64,000 bases of DNA, from the NCBI GenBank assembly GCA_951406725.2, contig OX597834.1:23684001-23748000 (forward strand). The letters are read 5' to 3'. The stretch's first letter is position 1. Every line of letters begins with the position of its first letter. The position numbers were made by a program, and so were the translations under genes. This DNA comes from Octopus vulgaris. Its lineage: Eukaryota. Under the pieces are notes generated by a model. It did no database searches. It had not been told where the DNA came from and worked only from the letters and a program-made list of their open reading frames with translations. This document shows positions 41,101-57,640 of this stretch, piece by piece.

Positions 41101-42027
41101 TTATTCGTATCATATAAACTTGACAACTTTTCTCCAATATCATTAATTTTAAGAGGAAACTTGTGGCTCTGTCTGTGAAGCAGTGCATATGTTTATTATT
41201 ATTGACATTATGATCCTCCAAACACACGTTTCAACAAGCGAATTCACATGAAGAATCTTGCAAACTAAATATAAAAATGAAATAAATACTTAAAAAGTCA
41301 TTTATTAAATCTCATGAAATGGACCTATCAGGGTCGGCTGAAAATTTCATTGGCTGCCCAAATGAGGTTTAGTTTTCAATATAGTCCTCATGCTCCACAC
41401 ACTTCTTCCATTAGTGCAGCAGTGCTTGGATCACACTGGCGAAGGGGTTTTAAACCTGTTGGTCAACAAAGTAACCAACAGCAATTATTGTTAACCACCC
41501 CATTCACATATAAATATTTCTTAAGGTCCCTTCAATACACTGTTTAATCACCATTTATCGTTATTTGCAGCATATAAACTTGTCAACAGCAATAAGGAAA
41601 GAAGAGTACCAATTTAATCATCAGAATTTATGAACATAAAATCTTCAGTTGAGCATTATGAAAGAAAGAAGAGAGCTTCTGAATACAAAGGATGAACAGA
41701 ATGGTTGCAGTCTGGGTTGGAAAATTTAGAGCTTGTGTTGAATAATGTACAAAGTAAATCATATAAAGTGGAACAAATTGAACAGCTTCAAGTGGTTAAG
41801 AGTGACCCACAATCTTTTACTTGTTTCACTCTTTAGACTGTGGCCATGCTGGGGCACTGCTTTGAAGAACTTTAATTGAATGAATCAAAATAAGGATTTT
41901 TTTTTTTAAAGCCTGGTACTTACTGTAATGATCTCTTTTGCCAAACTGCTAAGTTATGGGGATGTAAACACACCAACACCAGTTGTCAAGTAGTGATGGT
42001 GGAAAAAACAAAGACATACACACAGAC

Positions 42028-42062
<35 letters not shown>

Positions 42063-43172
42063 ATGAACTTCTTTCAGTTTTCTTCGACCAAATCCACTGA
42101 AGAGGCTTTTGACAGCCCAAAGCTCTGGTAGAAGACACTTGACAAAGGTGTCATGCAATGGGACTGAACCAATAACCATGTGGTTGGGAAGAAAGCTTCT
42201 AACAAGATAACCACACCTACATAAAAATACACATCATGTATTATATATATTTATTTGTAGGCTTTTCCAAGTCAGTTTAACAACTCTGTTATTAGTGTTA
42301 AAACGTTTTTATTAAAAATTAAATTTCTCATTAGATAATACGAAATACCAACAGCTTATTAAACAGATCATTTAATAAATTACTTATTTACATATTTGTT
42401 GCACTTACTTGGGATATCCCAGTCAATTTTTATATTTTTTATGGATTGCTTTTGTTTCATTTTCAGTCAATACCATTGACATCCCTCCAGCCCCAGCCCA
42501 CTGCTCAACTGCATCTTATTCTATTGACCCCAAAATAATAAAAGGCAAAGTTAACCTCAGCAGAATTTGAACTCAGAACGTAGAGACAAACAAAATGCCA
42601 CTAATGAAGGGAAAAGGTTACCTTGCTTGAGGAGAGGGTGGGTTGGGCACAGGGAGAGCCTCAAACTGTAGATAATCTGACCCATAGAAAAGTATGGAAA
42701 AGTTGATGTTAAAACGACGATGCTGATGAGTGGACAATAGGGACAAAATATTTAGCCGTATAAAATTTCAAAACAATGAAATAATTTAAGTAGCATCGCA
42801 GGCATGTCTGTGTAATTAAGAAGATCGTTTTGCTGTGTAGACAAGTCAGATCGTAGTTGTGGCTGATGTCATGTCAGGTCAAGGGAACCCATGCCAGTAG
42901 CACATAAAACACACCCACTACACTCTTGGAGTGGTTGATGTCAGGAAGGGCATCCAGCAGTAGAAATGCTGCCAAATCAGATTGGAACATGGTGCAGCTC
43001 TCCAGATTAATAGTTTTCAGTCAAACTGTCCGATCCATGCCAGCATGGAAAACGGATGTTATATGATGATGATGACTAACAAGCAAAAGACAAAAATAAT
43101 TTGATCAAGAAACATTCAGTTGAACCAGTTATTAGGATTTTATTTCCCTACAAGCTGAATTTTGATACAGAA

Positions 43173-43743
<571 letters not shown>

Positions 43744-45102
43744 TCATTCTCCTGTATGAATCCGTTTGTGTTTACCTAATGCACTATTGACAGAGAATGA
43801 TTTATCACAGACATCACAGTGGTATGGCTTCTCTCCTGTATGAATACGCTTGTGTGTAATTAAGTTAAAGCATATAGAGAACGATTTACCACAGATATCA
43901 CAGTGATATGGCTTTTCTCCTGTATGAATACGTCTGTGAGTAGTTAAGGTACTACATGCAGAGAATGATTTACCACAGATAACACAGTGATATGGCTTTT
44001 CTCCTGTATGAATACGTCTGTGTACAGTTAACTGACTACTGTGAGAGAATGATTTACCACAGATATCACACTGATATGGTTTCTCTCCTGTGTGAATACG
44101 TTTATGCTTTGTTAAGTGGCTACTATCGGAAAATGATTTACCACATGTAACACAGTGATATGGTTTCTCTTCTCTATGGATATGTTTATGTGTAGCTAAG
44201 TTACTACCCTGAGAGAAAAATTTACCACAGATATTACACTGAAATGGCTTTTCTCCTGTATGAACACGTCTGTGTACAGTTAACTGACTACTGTCAGCGT
44301 ATGATTTACCACAGATATCACAGCAATATGGCTTTTCTCCTGTATGAATACGTCTGTGAGTAGTTAAGGTACTACTTACAGAGAATGATTTACCACAGAT
44401 ATCACAGTGATATGGTGTATCTCCTGTATGAATACGTCTGTGTACAGTTAACTCACCATTCTGAGAGAATGATTTACCACAGATATCACAGTGATGTGGC
44501 TTCTCTCCTGTATGAATGCGTCTATGCATAGTTAAGTGCCCACTCTGAGGGAATGATTTACCACAGATGTTACAGTGATGTGGCTTCTCTTTTGTATGAA
44601 TACGTCTGTGTACAGTTAAATCATTACTTTTAGAGAATGATTTACCACAGATATCACAGTGATATGGCTTCTCTCCTGTGTGAATACGTCTGTGAGTTGT
44701 TAATTGACTCCTTACAGAGAAAGATTTGCCACAGATATCACAGTCATATGGCTTCTCTCCTGTATGAATACGTCTATGTACAGTTAAATCCTTACTTTGA
44801 GAGAATGATTTAGCACAGATATCACAGTGATGTGGCTTCTCTCCTGTATGAATACGTCTGTGAGTAGTTAAGTGACTACTTACAGAGAATGATTTACCAC
44901 AGATATCACAGTGATATGGTTTCTCTCCTTTATGAATACATTTGTGAGTTGTAAAGTTACATTTATAAGAGAATGATTTTTTACAGATATCACACTGATA
45001 TAATATTTTCCTCTCTTCTTTCTTAATATCATTGGGGAAATTCACTCTTTGCCTCGGTGTTTTATATTGGGCTTTGCTTTCACACATTTTGTTTTCCGTC
45101 AT
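43744..45102 (-). CDS. C2H2 zinc-finger protein A4, 15 fingers, premature TGA in a linker
   Basis: 452-aa ORF ending HTGE*; exon begins at 45379 after acceptor. Confidence 0.92.
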   Translation of the reverse strand: MTENKMCESKAQYKTPRQRVNFPNDIKKEERKILYQCDICKKSFSYKCNFTTHKCIHKGEKPYHCDICGKSFSVSSHLTTHRRIHTGEKPHHCDICAKSFSQSKDLTVHRRIHTGEKPYDCDICGKSFSVRSQLTTHRRIHTGEKPYHCDICGKSFSKSNDLTVHRRIHTKEKPHHCNICGKSFPQSGHLTMHRRIHTGEKPHHCDICGKSFSQNGELTVHRRIHTGDTPYHCDICGKSFSVSSTLTTHRRIHTGEKPYCCDICGKSYADSSQLTVHRRVHTGEKPFQCNICGKFFSQGSNLATHKHIHREEKPYHCVTCGKSFSDSSHLTKHKRIHTGEKPYQCDICGKSFSHSSQLTVHRRIHTGEKPYHCVICGKSFSACSTLTTHRRIHTGEKPYHCDICGKSFSICFNLITHKRIHTGEKPYHCDVCDKSFSVNSALGKHKRIHTGE

Positions 45103-47529
45103 TCTTTATCGCTCTCCACAATATGGAGATGTTTTTTCTTCTGCTATAGTTTTGTCAACTGTGATCTTGATTAATATTTGAAGATGCTGCAAACTCCTTT
45201 GTAATCCAATTTTAATTAGAATATAAATTCATTTTGTACACATTCCAGACAGAAAATTCAGCTATTAATCTGTGTTTTTTGCTGGTAATGTTTTTCATCG
45301 AGTCTTTCTGTCCTCACAAGATGATAAATATTGATGGATCTCAGGCAAATAATTCTTTTATGGCATCATCATCTATGTTCTGAAATAAAAGGAGAACAAA
45401 TATAAAATATAGAGGATATTTCTATAAAAAGTAGACGTTTTACTACATTTCTTTTATTTGGTTCAGGTTTTTGGCATAAACTCAAGTAGTACTTCATTTT
45501 AACAACCCGAAAAGAGTGAAAGACAAACCTGACTTCAATGAGGTGTGCAAAGAGAGAGCAAAAATGCTGCAAAGCATTTTATCTGATGGACTAAGGATTC
45601 CGATGGGGGGGGGGGTGAAATTTCCGCGGTTTACACTCCACCCCACACCACTCCCTATTTTCTGGACAAAAAGAAGTGTTTTGTGCGTATATTAACAAAC
45701 AGCAAAAAAAAAAATTTCTCCATGAAATGAGGGAGGGGCGGTTGAAATTTACGAGGGTTCCACATCACCTCACCTCGGTCAAAAAAAAAAAAGTATTTTG
45801 TGACACATTAGGAAGTCACCGTATTTCATTCAACTAAAAAAAAAAAGAAAATATTTTCCAATGATACGGGAAGTGGGGTGAATTTCCGTGTATTCCACCG
45901 CACTCCATCTTTTTTCTGGATAAAAAAGTCTTTTGTGGTATGTTGTGGTATAATTGATTAAAAAAAAATTCCAATAATTCCTGTGAGGGGGGTTTCTCAC
46001 CCCGCCCATTCTTTTTCCGAGCCAAAATAAGGAGTTTGCGGCATATTAGGAGTTCAGGGTACTTGATTCCACGCGAATAACCGAAGTTCTTTGGGGTTTT
46101 TTCTAGTGAAGAACGTGGTGGTGAACTTGTAAAAATTTACCATAGAGGATAGGTAGGTAGGGTAAACAAGGGCAAGTAAATTTTAAAAATATATGTAAGC
46201 TACGAGGAAATACATGGAGTGCTGAAACCAGAATTTCACCATGAGTTGTCAAGTATGTATAGAAATAAAGGTAAATGGCGACTAAACAATGTTCCGAAAT
46301 GACATTAAGAAATACAAACTTTCTCTTTGCGTTGATCTGAAGATATGGAGGAATAACGAGCATTGAAATGGAGTGTAGAAAGTAAAATACTGAAAGTATT
46401 AAGACAACAAAAGGCAATGTTAGCTAAAGCAAGTGTCTCAACTCGCTATATTACATATGACAGACTACCATATAGGAATTAAGACAACATCGTTACTTCA
46501 GGAAAATTTCTTCTTTACTTCACTTTCTTTCCATCATCTTTGAACACATCCAAACAAACGACCTGTACAATGTAAACGTTGTTTCTATCAATAATACTTA
46601 CATATTAATATAGAGCCATTGACGAAGATGCCACGATAGATTCAAGTAGTCACAACTTAGACTGGACAATGACAGCTTCAACACAACTTCTATATTTTAC
46701 AACAAACCTTCATTCAAATTTTTCACATCGACATATTAAAGAAAGCTACAGTATTATCTTTTCATAGTTAATTAGCAATCATCTCTAATTAACTGGATCA
46801 CTTAAATGTCAGTTGTAAACTAGATCTGTCCTAGAAATTAAAGATGTTTATCACACAACAGAATATATATATTTTATCCACTAAAATATGTAAAATTTGA
46901 AAATTCTTAGTTCTTATTATTATCGTTCTTCACCAAAAACGGCGTCAAAGCATGTATGTCCCTTACAATGATTTGTTCCCTTTGTTTTAATTATTTTCCT
47001 CGTTTTTTGCATAACGTTACAGTTTGAAAATGAAAACAAATCAACCCTTAACATCAATATTAGATGAATTACGGTATTCTAATGTCATATTTTTGTAGAA
47101 ACATTTTTATGTAACGTGGTGAAGGTAATTACTTTCAATGACATTTTTATGAGTTTTAATTTTTTTTTTAAATAAAACAAATCTATTCTTTTTTGGATAA
47201 CATTGTAATTTATTCAAAACATACTTCCCTCCCCATCACCGACGTTGGATGGTCATAACTTTCAGAAAAATGGGTTTTTTTTTAAATGACATTTTCTACG
47301 AATATGTGTTATATCATGTAGATTGCGAATATACAAACTTTTGGTGGGAAATGTGGGTGGGGAATTTCGGAAAATTCAACGAAGTCCACTTCAGCTCGTT
47401 TTAACTTTCAAGAAAATGGATATTTTTTAATGAAATTTTCTACAAATATCCGTCGTACTATGTAGATTCCGAGGACATAGAAATTTGGGAGGAAAACAAT
47501 TGGGGGGTTATTTTTGAGAACCATTTCCT

Positions 47530-48520
47530 ACTCGGGTGTTGTTTCAGAACAAGTCGTCCATATTGGCTTTGTGTGCTGGTAGCATAGGGCCTGGAATTTT
47601 CCTACATGAAACTATATATTGCGTCCAACTCCCATTGCAGATATGCAATATTTTCAGGATTGTCTGGGAGCTTACCACTTCAAAAAAGAAGCTGTATTGG
47701 TTTTGCAAGGGCTCACTTGCACAATTTGACCACACATGACACAGCCAGTTCCAGTGACAACACCCATCCAACAGCAACACGCCCAGGTTTCAACACATCA
47801 CTGATCATAGATTACTTCACCATGGATCAACAGCAAATATACAACCTGTGAGCCAGACGGCAACACCCATCCAACAGTATTACAGCATCCCTTTCTTCGT
47901 CACCACCATCATCTTCTTAGTGTTGTCAACACCATCTTTCTACATACACATCTCAAGCTTTTCCTGTCTTCATACTCTTAATTGCTTTATCTACCAAGGT
48001 ACTGTCAATTCAGATAGCTGGTCCCACTGTTGGGTCGACATTTGGTAGACTCTCTCCCATTCAGCAACCTTTCATAGTGTCATCTCTAACTCTCTCTTTG
48101 TAGCATCATTATATGCAAGTGAGCCATCATCCATGCAGACACATTTCTCTCTCACATGCTATCTTGCAATATGAAACACTTCAAGTCTTTGGTCCTCATG
48201 ATGCAAAACATTGGCAAATTTTTTATCTGCTTCCCATCTGGCTAAGTAAACCTGTCTCCTAGCTTCCCTTCTGGCAATCTGATAGTTCCCTGCTACCACT
48301 GCACATCTAGTCATTCCATGCCTGTTTCTTTACCCTAATGGCCCTGTCAACTACATTGTTCCACCACCACGTTACCTTAGGCCAAGGGGGGAACTTTAAA
48401 CCATCCACAATCTTGTCAGTAGCCCTCAACAGGTTGTTCCATATGGACCTCAAGTTGTCTTCCACATTGTTATATCCTCCTCTTTTTCTTCAAAAGCTTC
48501 AAGTAACACATCCCTAAATC
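47530..48520 (-). mobile_element. Degenerate LINE ORF2 fragment (upstream of RT)
   Basis: WWWNNVVDRAIR-like motif near 48330-48370; frame is stop-riddled. Confidence 0.55.
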
Positions 48521-48939
48521 TCTGTTTTGTAGGCTTTTCCAAGTCAGTTTAACAACTCTGTTATTAGTGTTAAAACAAGAGTGTTTATATTAAAAAGGTT
48601 AAATTTTCATTAAATAAAAACGAAATACCAACAGCTTATTAAACAGATCATTTAATAAATTACTTATATACATATTTGTTGCACTTACTTGGGATATCCC
48701 AGTCAATTTTCATATTTTTTATGGGTTGCTTTTGTTTCATTTTCAGTCTGGCAGACATACATACCATGAAATGAAAGCTCAACAAATCTAATCTGAACAA
48801 TAGAAATTGACTACAAAACATGCTGCATTTACCAAAACCCAAACTATGACATTCATATATTTACTGTTGTGTATGAATACCTACATGTTTAATGAAAATA
48901 ACTGCATGAGAGACTTATTTCCCCACAGATGTTACAGAA

Positions 48940-49875
<936 letters not shown>

Positions 49876-50540
49876 TCATCACAAGACACAGATGTTTTTC
49901 TGCTATTTTATTCCAAACAAATAATTCTTTTGCTGTATTTTCTTCAACTGCAATGTTCGTTGATATGTGAAGACGCCAGTCCTTTGAACATAAAATCAAC
50001 TTGTATATATTGCAGTTAATTTTCGTTTGAAGTAAATATTTCACAGTAATTCTTCCATAGATTTATATAAACACGGTTGATATTTGCTCTGCACATCTTC
50101 TTTTAGTCTTTAGAAGATCATAAATATTCATGGATCTGAAGTTAATAACATTCTTTTACACCAATGTCATCCGATATTCTGAAATAAAGAAACAATATAA
50201 AATATAGAGGATATTTAAAATGAAGACATTTTCTTACATTTCTTCTATATTGATAAACAGTAGATAGAAACGTTTACCTGAACAACTGAACTCATCCAAT
50301 GAAGATGACGAGATATTCATTGGACTCACTGAGTCAGTGGAATACCTGAACAATTCGGACTTGGGACCGACAATGCACTGAGAATGAATGGGGAAATTAC
50401 AAAAATAGACTTGGTTAAAACAACTGAAACGAAACGTAAGATTTAAGTGCATGAAAATGAATTAATAAATGCCATTATTACACATTACTCTTTTGTAATC
50501 GCTGAAGTCTAACCTTTTGAATACATTACAATGTATAGTT

Positions 50541-50959
50541 GGATCTTTTCGGTTTGAACGGCAGTTTTTTCTAGCGGTGTCATATGAAATTGTCACCCAT
50601 AATTATGACCCTAGTATCGATCTATTGCATTTCAATCTGTTTTAGGGTTAGGAAAGGTGGGGGGAAGAGCATATTTTTTCTTCTTCACAAATGTAAATAA
50701 ACCCAATCTATTTCTTAAACGAGGGACATATTCATACGGCACAGAATGTTTTTTTTACTTCAAATGACGTAATCGATTGGTTGAAATTGCAGAAATTGAA
50801 GAAAAAAACAACAAATATCTTACAAACTATAGAATTTTCTCAATAAAGCCAAGAGAAAAAGATGTTTTATAAACACATTCTACCAATATACGAAGTTTAA
50901 ATTTTTTTAGTTACCTAGAACTTATGTTGAAAACTGCCGTTCAAACCAAAAAAGATCCG
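50541..50959. mobile_element. GGATC-ended MITE, second copy
   Basis: Same TIRs and interior as the 26468 copy; no clear TSD. Confidence 0.82.
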
Positions 50960-51107
50960 AAATGTAATAACTGAGAGTAGAGCTTGCTGCACGCCTCTGG
51001 CTTGTCAGTTCCTATCAAAGCATCTGACCCCTGCCAGCATGGAAAACAGACATTAAATGATGATGGTATATATACGTATATATGTATAAATAAATACATA
51101 TACATGC

Positions 51108-51189
<82 letters not shown>

Positions 51190-51193
<4 letters not shown>

Positions 51194-51377
51194 TCCACAT
51201 GAAAACACAACAACACGAGGACGTGGAACGAATATAGTATTATTGGACGCTCAGGAAGGAAAGGAAGAAGGAGAGTTTAACTTTTCGAGCGGAGCTCTTC
51301 ATCGGAAACATAGGAGAAGGAAAGATCCAGAGAAGGGAAGACAGAGGAAAAAAAATTGCCAACGGTACACACGCGGT

Positions 51378-51380
<3 letters not shown>
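51190..51380 (-). mobile_element. Microsatellite-embedded element with degenerate minimal hammerhead (51275-51309)
   Basis: Minus strand GTTT-CCGATGA-aGAGC-tcc-GCTC-GAAA-aGTT-AAAC; flanked by (GA)n and (TA)n. Confidence 0.5.
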
Positions 51381-51422
<42 letters not shown>

Positions 51423-52199
51423 CACATGTATATTATATATGTACATGCATATACTCACACACTCACACATATACTGCTTGACCAACAGTGTTCTGAGTGA
51501 GTCTAATTGATGCTGGGTGGTTGGTGTTAGGAAGAGCATACATCCATAAAAACTCTGTCCAAACAAACATAGAAATCCGGTGCAGGCTTCTGCCTGGTCA
51601 CCTCCTGTCAAACCGTCCAGCATGGAAGGTGAACGTTAAATGATGATGATATGTCTGTATAATTATTTACAGCAGAATCAGTATTAGTACCAAAAGGCAA
51701 TCTTTATATCCAACTTAATGTGGATGTTTTGTTAGGATGCTGAATGCTGCAGTATTTGCCTTGAGAGATCCTCTCACATAGACATATATGGTAGCAGATG
51801 GAAATTGCATATTATGGGTTCCAGAATTGCCAGATTGTAATTTCTATCTGAACTTCAGCAGCAGGCATCTGGTGACTGCACACCAGCCAAATCTTGCTGC
51901 CATAATATATTGTACAACAATGTCTTTTCAGTTACAGATGCTGCAAATAGCTGACAAGCTTATTAAAAAATTATTAGCAACAGAAGCAGTTTGTGTATAA
52001 AAAGGCAATTTTTATATCCAACTGAAGTCCTGTGATTTGGCAGTTCCAACCACCATAATAAACGGTTTTGGACTGCTATGATATATGCTTGTGCTCTTAT
52101 GCACCATGTGTCTGTATGAGAGGAATTGTCAAGGCAGGTACTGCAGTATTCAGTATTCTAACAAGACATCGATATTAAGTTCTTCGTACTTCAAGCTTT

Positions 52200-52720
52200 A
52201 ATTAATAATTCAAACAAATTACATATGCAAAAACGTTTATTCATCAAAGCATACCCCCATCATATTCTATTGTCTGTTGCCATTGTTGTGCCAATTCAAT
52301 TCCATGTTTATACCATTTGGCTGGTTTAAATGCAAAAAACTCACTGCACTCATCTTCAATGCAATCTACATTGTTGAACCTCTGTCCATGCAGGAAATGA
52401 TCCCTGGCTTTAAAAAGGTGGTACTCTAATGGTGCAAGGGCTTGACTGCAGGCAGGGTAAGGTAGCATTTCCAGCCCCTCAAATTTCTGCTTGGTCACAC
52501 TGGCAGCGTGTGCCAGGCAATGCCCTGTTGTAGGAGTGCACATCTTCAGTTGACCAATGCCAGATAGCAGATTTTCAAAGCATCAGAGGCATACAACAGT
52601 TGTTGAACATAATAGTTAGCATTCGTAGCTTGACCCTTTGGGACAAGCTTAAAGTACAACAATCTCGAAATTCCACCAAACACACATCATGACTCCTTCA
52701 AACCACCTTTGTTTGACAAA
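52200..52720 (-). mobile_element. Mariner transposase relic
   Basis: PYPACSQALAPLEYHLF…FF..KP..WYKHGI..L..W, degenerate mariner C-terminus. Confidence 0.7.
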
Positions 52721-55700
52721 TGGTTCTGAAGCCTGATCAGAATGAAGCTATTGATTTCTGTTATTATGATTATGAAAATAGATCTATTTTTTTATCCTTA
52801 GTTACAATTTGATGCCAAAAGTGGGCATCTCAAGGATTTGCCAACAGTTATTTGCTAATGTTCATATATCGTTCCACCTGATCATTGGTCATTTCATTAG
52901 AGCCACTGGCCACTCTTTGCAGCAATGCCTTTGCAATTATGTCTACAAGGCTTGGCTGAACACACCATTCAGACTGGGGTGTACAAACTGTTACTCCCTC
53001 CCACTATTTTCCCCTCGTTTTTTTTAATTCACTTGCCTTTGTAGTGAAAAGCTTCCTAGCTTCTTAGCCAAAATTTGAAACCCAACCTAGATTTTTCTAT
53101 GAGTTCCTTTCTATTGTTCTCGACAATAGCACCTACAAATTTATATGTATATCTATACTAGCTCCTGTTGAGAGCTCTTCATTGGGCCTTGGGCCCATAA
53201 ATAACATTTCATGCATTGAGTACATATTAAATTTTATTAAACTTCACCAATATTTTTCAAGCAATGAACAATTTTCATCAAAACAATGATATAATTTCTC
53301 GACTTGGAATTTATTGCAAAGCTGCATGATGAACAACATTTTTTGTCTTCCCATTTAGGGGTCATTACAGTTTTTTTTCTGTCTAACCTCTTTCTTTCTC
53401 TCTCTTCCTGTTGATTGTTTTCAACCAGTACCATCACCACCACATCTGCTATACACACACTATTCAGACTTTTGATGTCACCACCATCAATACCTTTGAC
53501 TTTACCACCTTCCCCTCCACCACCATCACTACTGTCTTTCACATTGCTTACTATCGCCATTGTCTCTGACTGCTTCAGCCACTACCATCATCACCATCAC
53601 CTTTGCCTCTATCACAATTACTATCACCCCCATTACCATCACAACTGTCAATCTACTACCGTCTCTATGCCTACTATTATTACTCTTAGCTTAGCATGAG
53701 CGATAGTAGGAGTGTCAATGAACAGTGAGAGAGGGGGTCAAAGTGTGACACACAGAAATTAGTTTTCACATTTATTATATTAGACTTATATATATCACCT
53801 TCATTGTTTAACGTCCGCTTTCCATGCTGGCATGAGTTGGACGGTTCAACTGGGGTCTGGGAAGCCAGAAGGCTGCACCAGGCCCAGTCTGATCTGGCAG
53901 TGTTTCTACAGCTGGATGCCCTTCCTAATGCCAACCACTCCATGAGTGTAGTGGGTGCTTTTTATGTGCCAGACGAGGCTGGCAAACGGCCACAATCGGA
54001 TGGTGGTTTTTACGTGCCACCGGCACGGAGGCCAGTCGGGTGGCGCTGGCTATGGCCACGTTCGGATAGTTCTCTTACGTGCCACCGGCACTGGTATCAC
54101 AGCTACAAATTCCATTGATGTTGATAGATTATGATTTATATATGTATATATATATAGAGAGAGAGATTTATATGTATATATAGATAGAAATATACATAGT
54201 TTTATACAGGGATTTAGCCTGGTTTTAAGTTTAGTGGGATTGGGCATATAAAAAAAAGGTGCCATGACACATAATCAAACTATTTTTAACTCGATTATAC
54301 ATTTTATTAAAGGTACTAATTTTGAAAAAATGTGCTCAACAGGAGCGGTCATTCTGCTTGCTCCCCTATTAGCTATGTCACTGCTTTTTATGTGTTCATA
54401 TTGTGCAATATACATCACCTGCCAGACAGCTTGGCATTTGACAACAGTGATGAAACCTGAGACATACTAACCCAGTATTTTTTGCAAAATCTTGTTCTTC
54501 CAAGTCTCATTTATTTAAAGTAGATGACGTGAGCCAAAGCATGTAATCAGTGTACATGGCAGCCTGTAACTTGATCTTGGGGTTCTGAATGCTTTTATTT
54601 CTTTAGAGCGAGCACTTGATTTGCATGGATAAGTTCTTTGTGCAATACTACTGTAACATTTGCCAAGTGTGATTGCAGAGTGCTCCACCCATTTGTACAT
54701 ACAGAATATTGCATGTGCAAGCTTTTGCTTTGCCTACTGGATTGCAGACCTTTTGAAAACGTCTGCACTACTTGGACATTGTACAATAGGGAGAGAGTTA
54801 TGCATGATGTATAAGAGACAGGTGACATCACATCTACCTAAGTATGAGTGTGGGTGTGCATGCAGAAGCATTTATGTACAAAGCACATATGCAAACAGCT
54901 GGGGGAGGGCTACTGGCGCCCAATTTCTGCAGGTTATATTCAGAACAAAAGAAAAAGATCATTTGTGCATTCAGGCATATAATACGGCAATCTGGGCATT
55001 ATGCTTGAAAAGAACCTTATATATAAAAAGTTATGGAGTCAGGTTAGGTAGAAAAATCTACCTGAATTAAAATTGGCTTATTGAAATGAGTAGCTTAAGG
55101 GAGATCAAACTTTGCATATGAGATAAGGGGTGATTTTGTTTCAGAAAAGAAACGAGTGTATTTTTTGTATGCCATCAAATATAGTGCTGGCAGCCCAGCC
55201 TCCACTCTTCTACATAGTTTTACAGTGCTGGCCGTCATATAATACAATTTGGAACACACAAGAATAATAATTTCAGATGTCTTCATGCTTATAGAAAACA
55301 TTGAAATGAATACTAATTTTCAACAGAAAACTACTTATTACCTTAAAATAAAATAACAACAAGATGAGGACAAATATCCGTCAAATGTAAATAATGTTTA
55401 TGGTATTTATTCTTACTTTAGCATTTCATGGACTCCAACAATAAATGTTAAACATTCTTCCACAGTTACAAGGAAATGCCTCGATTATCTCCCTTAACAC
55501 ACGTATAACTTAAAAGATCAGTCATACTTCAAGCTAATTATGGTCCCATATCACATTCTGCTTCGACTTCTTGGAGGAATGTCTATCTCTGCTTTTGAAT
55601 TCCAGTTGAATCAGAATTCAGCAAAAAATCGTAGGTATCAGAATAGTAACGAAAATTCTATTAAAATAGTTTATTCATAGGCACAGGAGTGGCTGGGTGA

Positions 55701-55854
55701 TAAGTAGCTTGCTTACCAACATGGTTCTGTGTTCAGGTTCCTGAATGAATACATTTGTGGCTTCTTAAGTGATTTCTGAGCTTGCCAGCCCTGATCAATC
55801 CATCCAACTCATGCAAGCATAGACAACGGACATTAAATGATGATGATATATATC

Positions 55855-56220
55855 AGGAGTGGCTGTGTGGTAAGTAGCTTGCTTACCAACCACATGGTTC
55901 CGGGTTCAGTCCCACTGCGTGGCACCTTGGGCAAGTGTCTTCTTCTATAGCCTCGAGCCCACCAAAGCTTTGTGAGTGGATTTGGTAGACGGAAACTGAA
56001 AGAAGCCCGTCGTATATATGTGTGTCTGTGTTTGTCCCCCTAGCATTGCTTGACAACCGATGCAGGTGTGTTTATGTCCCCCGTCACTTAGTGGTTTGGC
56101 AAAGGAGACCGATAGAATAAGTACTGGGCTTACAAAGAATAAGTCCCGGGGTCGAGTTGCTCGACTAAAGGCGGTGCTCCAGCATGGCCGCAGTCAAATG
56201 ACTGAAACAAGTAAAAGAAA
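55855..56220 (+). mobile_element. CORE-like tRNA SINE, near full length
   Basis: Same family as 661-1062. Confidence 0.82.
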
Positions 56221-56409
56221 AAAAAAAAGAAAAACATATACATATACGTATATATTTATATGGAAGATGAGGACTCAGAGAATTGTGTGGCTATCACAGA
56301 AAGCTCCTCTTACAGACTCAGCTATCAGTCCAATTACAAAGAAGTGCAATAGAGATTGTCCATGTAACTGAAAATCTAGAAAGTTCAGTGGTTGAAATTA
56401 TTTCATAAG

Positions 56410-56615
56410 GAGTGTGTAAAACCATAATAAAGTCATGAGGTGTGAAAGCTGAATATATATCTAATGACGTGACTTCCATAGGATTACAGCCATTTTGCAA
56501 CCCTCACTATATAATAAAACTACATGAAGGTTGCGAAACAGCTGTAACCCTATAGAAGTTACATGGTTAAATAAATATATATTCACTTATACCTCCTGAC
56601 TTTATGGTTTTACAT
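56410..56615. repeat. Diverged fold-back (about 100-bp arms) with a 3' half hammerhead motif
   Basis: tgtaaaaccataa…gcaaccctca mirrored by tgaaggttgc…ttatggttttaca; GAAACAGCTGTA at 56535-56546. Confidence 0.55.
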
Positions 56616-57640
56616 ATATTTATAAATACACACACACACACACGTTTACATTAGCCATACATACACACACAAACATGCATATTGAAAGTGTGTGAGCCTC
56701 TGTTTATTTCGGTGCTCCCTGAAAACTGTTCAGCTGCCAGAAGTGATGTCACTTTCACTGTCAGTACAGCATCTGCTGGTTTTATATCTTCGAAGAAATG
56801 CAGCACAGGAGATTCATTAGATTTGCAAAACAAGGAGGAGGCCAGCTATCTGTAAAACAATATCTCAATGATATATTTGTAAAACTTAAGTTAGCATGGA
56901 AAAATAGACATGAAAATGAACATACATGTTAGTTGAATAATTCATATAAGAGATCATAGGAATATCACATTATGATAAACAATTTTATTTCATATTTTGT
57001 ATAGCATTAGTAGCATAAACTATTCTATTTTCTCTATCTTGCTCAATTCAGTCAATGGACTGCAGCCATGCTGCAACACTGCCTTGAGAAATTTAGTCAA
57101 AATAAACCAGCCCCAGTACTGATATGTGTTGAAGGCTAAAGCGTGAAAGAGAGACAAGCATGAATTTAAGTCGCTTTTTGGAGAGAATAAATTATCATGT
57201 ATAAAGCCGTTGCCAGCGCCGCCCCGACTGGCCTTGTGCCGGTGGCACGTAAAAAGCACCATCCGTTCGTGTCCGTTGCCAGCCTCGCCTGGCCCTCGTG
57301 CCGGTGGCACATAAAAAGCACCATCCGTTCGTGGCCGTTTGCCAGCTCTGTCTGGCACCTGTGTGGGTGGCACGTAAAAAGCACCCACTACACTCACGGA
57401 GTGGTTGGTGTTAGGAAGGGCATCCAGCCATAGAAACACTGCCAGATTTGACTGGGCCTGATGAACCCTTCTGGCTTCACAGACCCCAGTAGAACCGTCC
57501 AACCCATGCTAGCATGGAAAACAGACGCTAAACGATGATGATGATGATGAAAGCCTTTTCCATGTATGAATATAACTGTATCTAGTTGAGTGACTAGGAT
57601 CAGAAAAATAATATGTTGCAAATATCATAACTGTAGTAGG

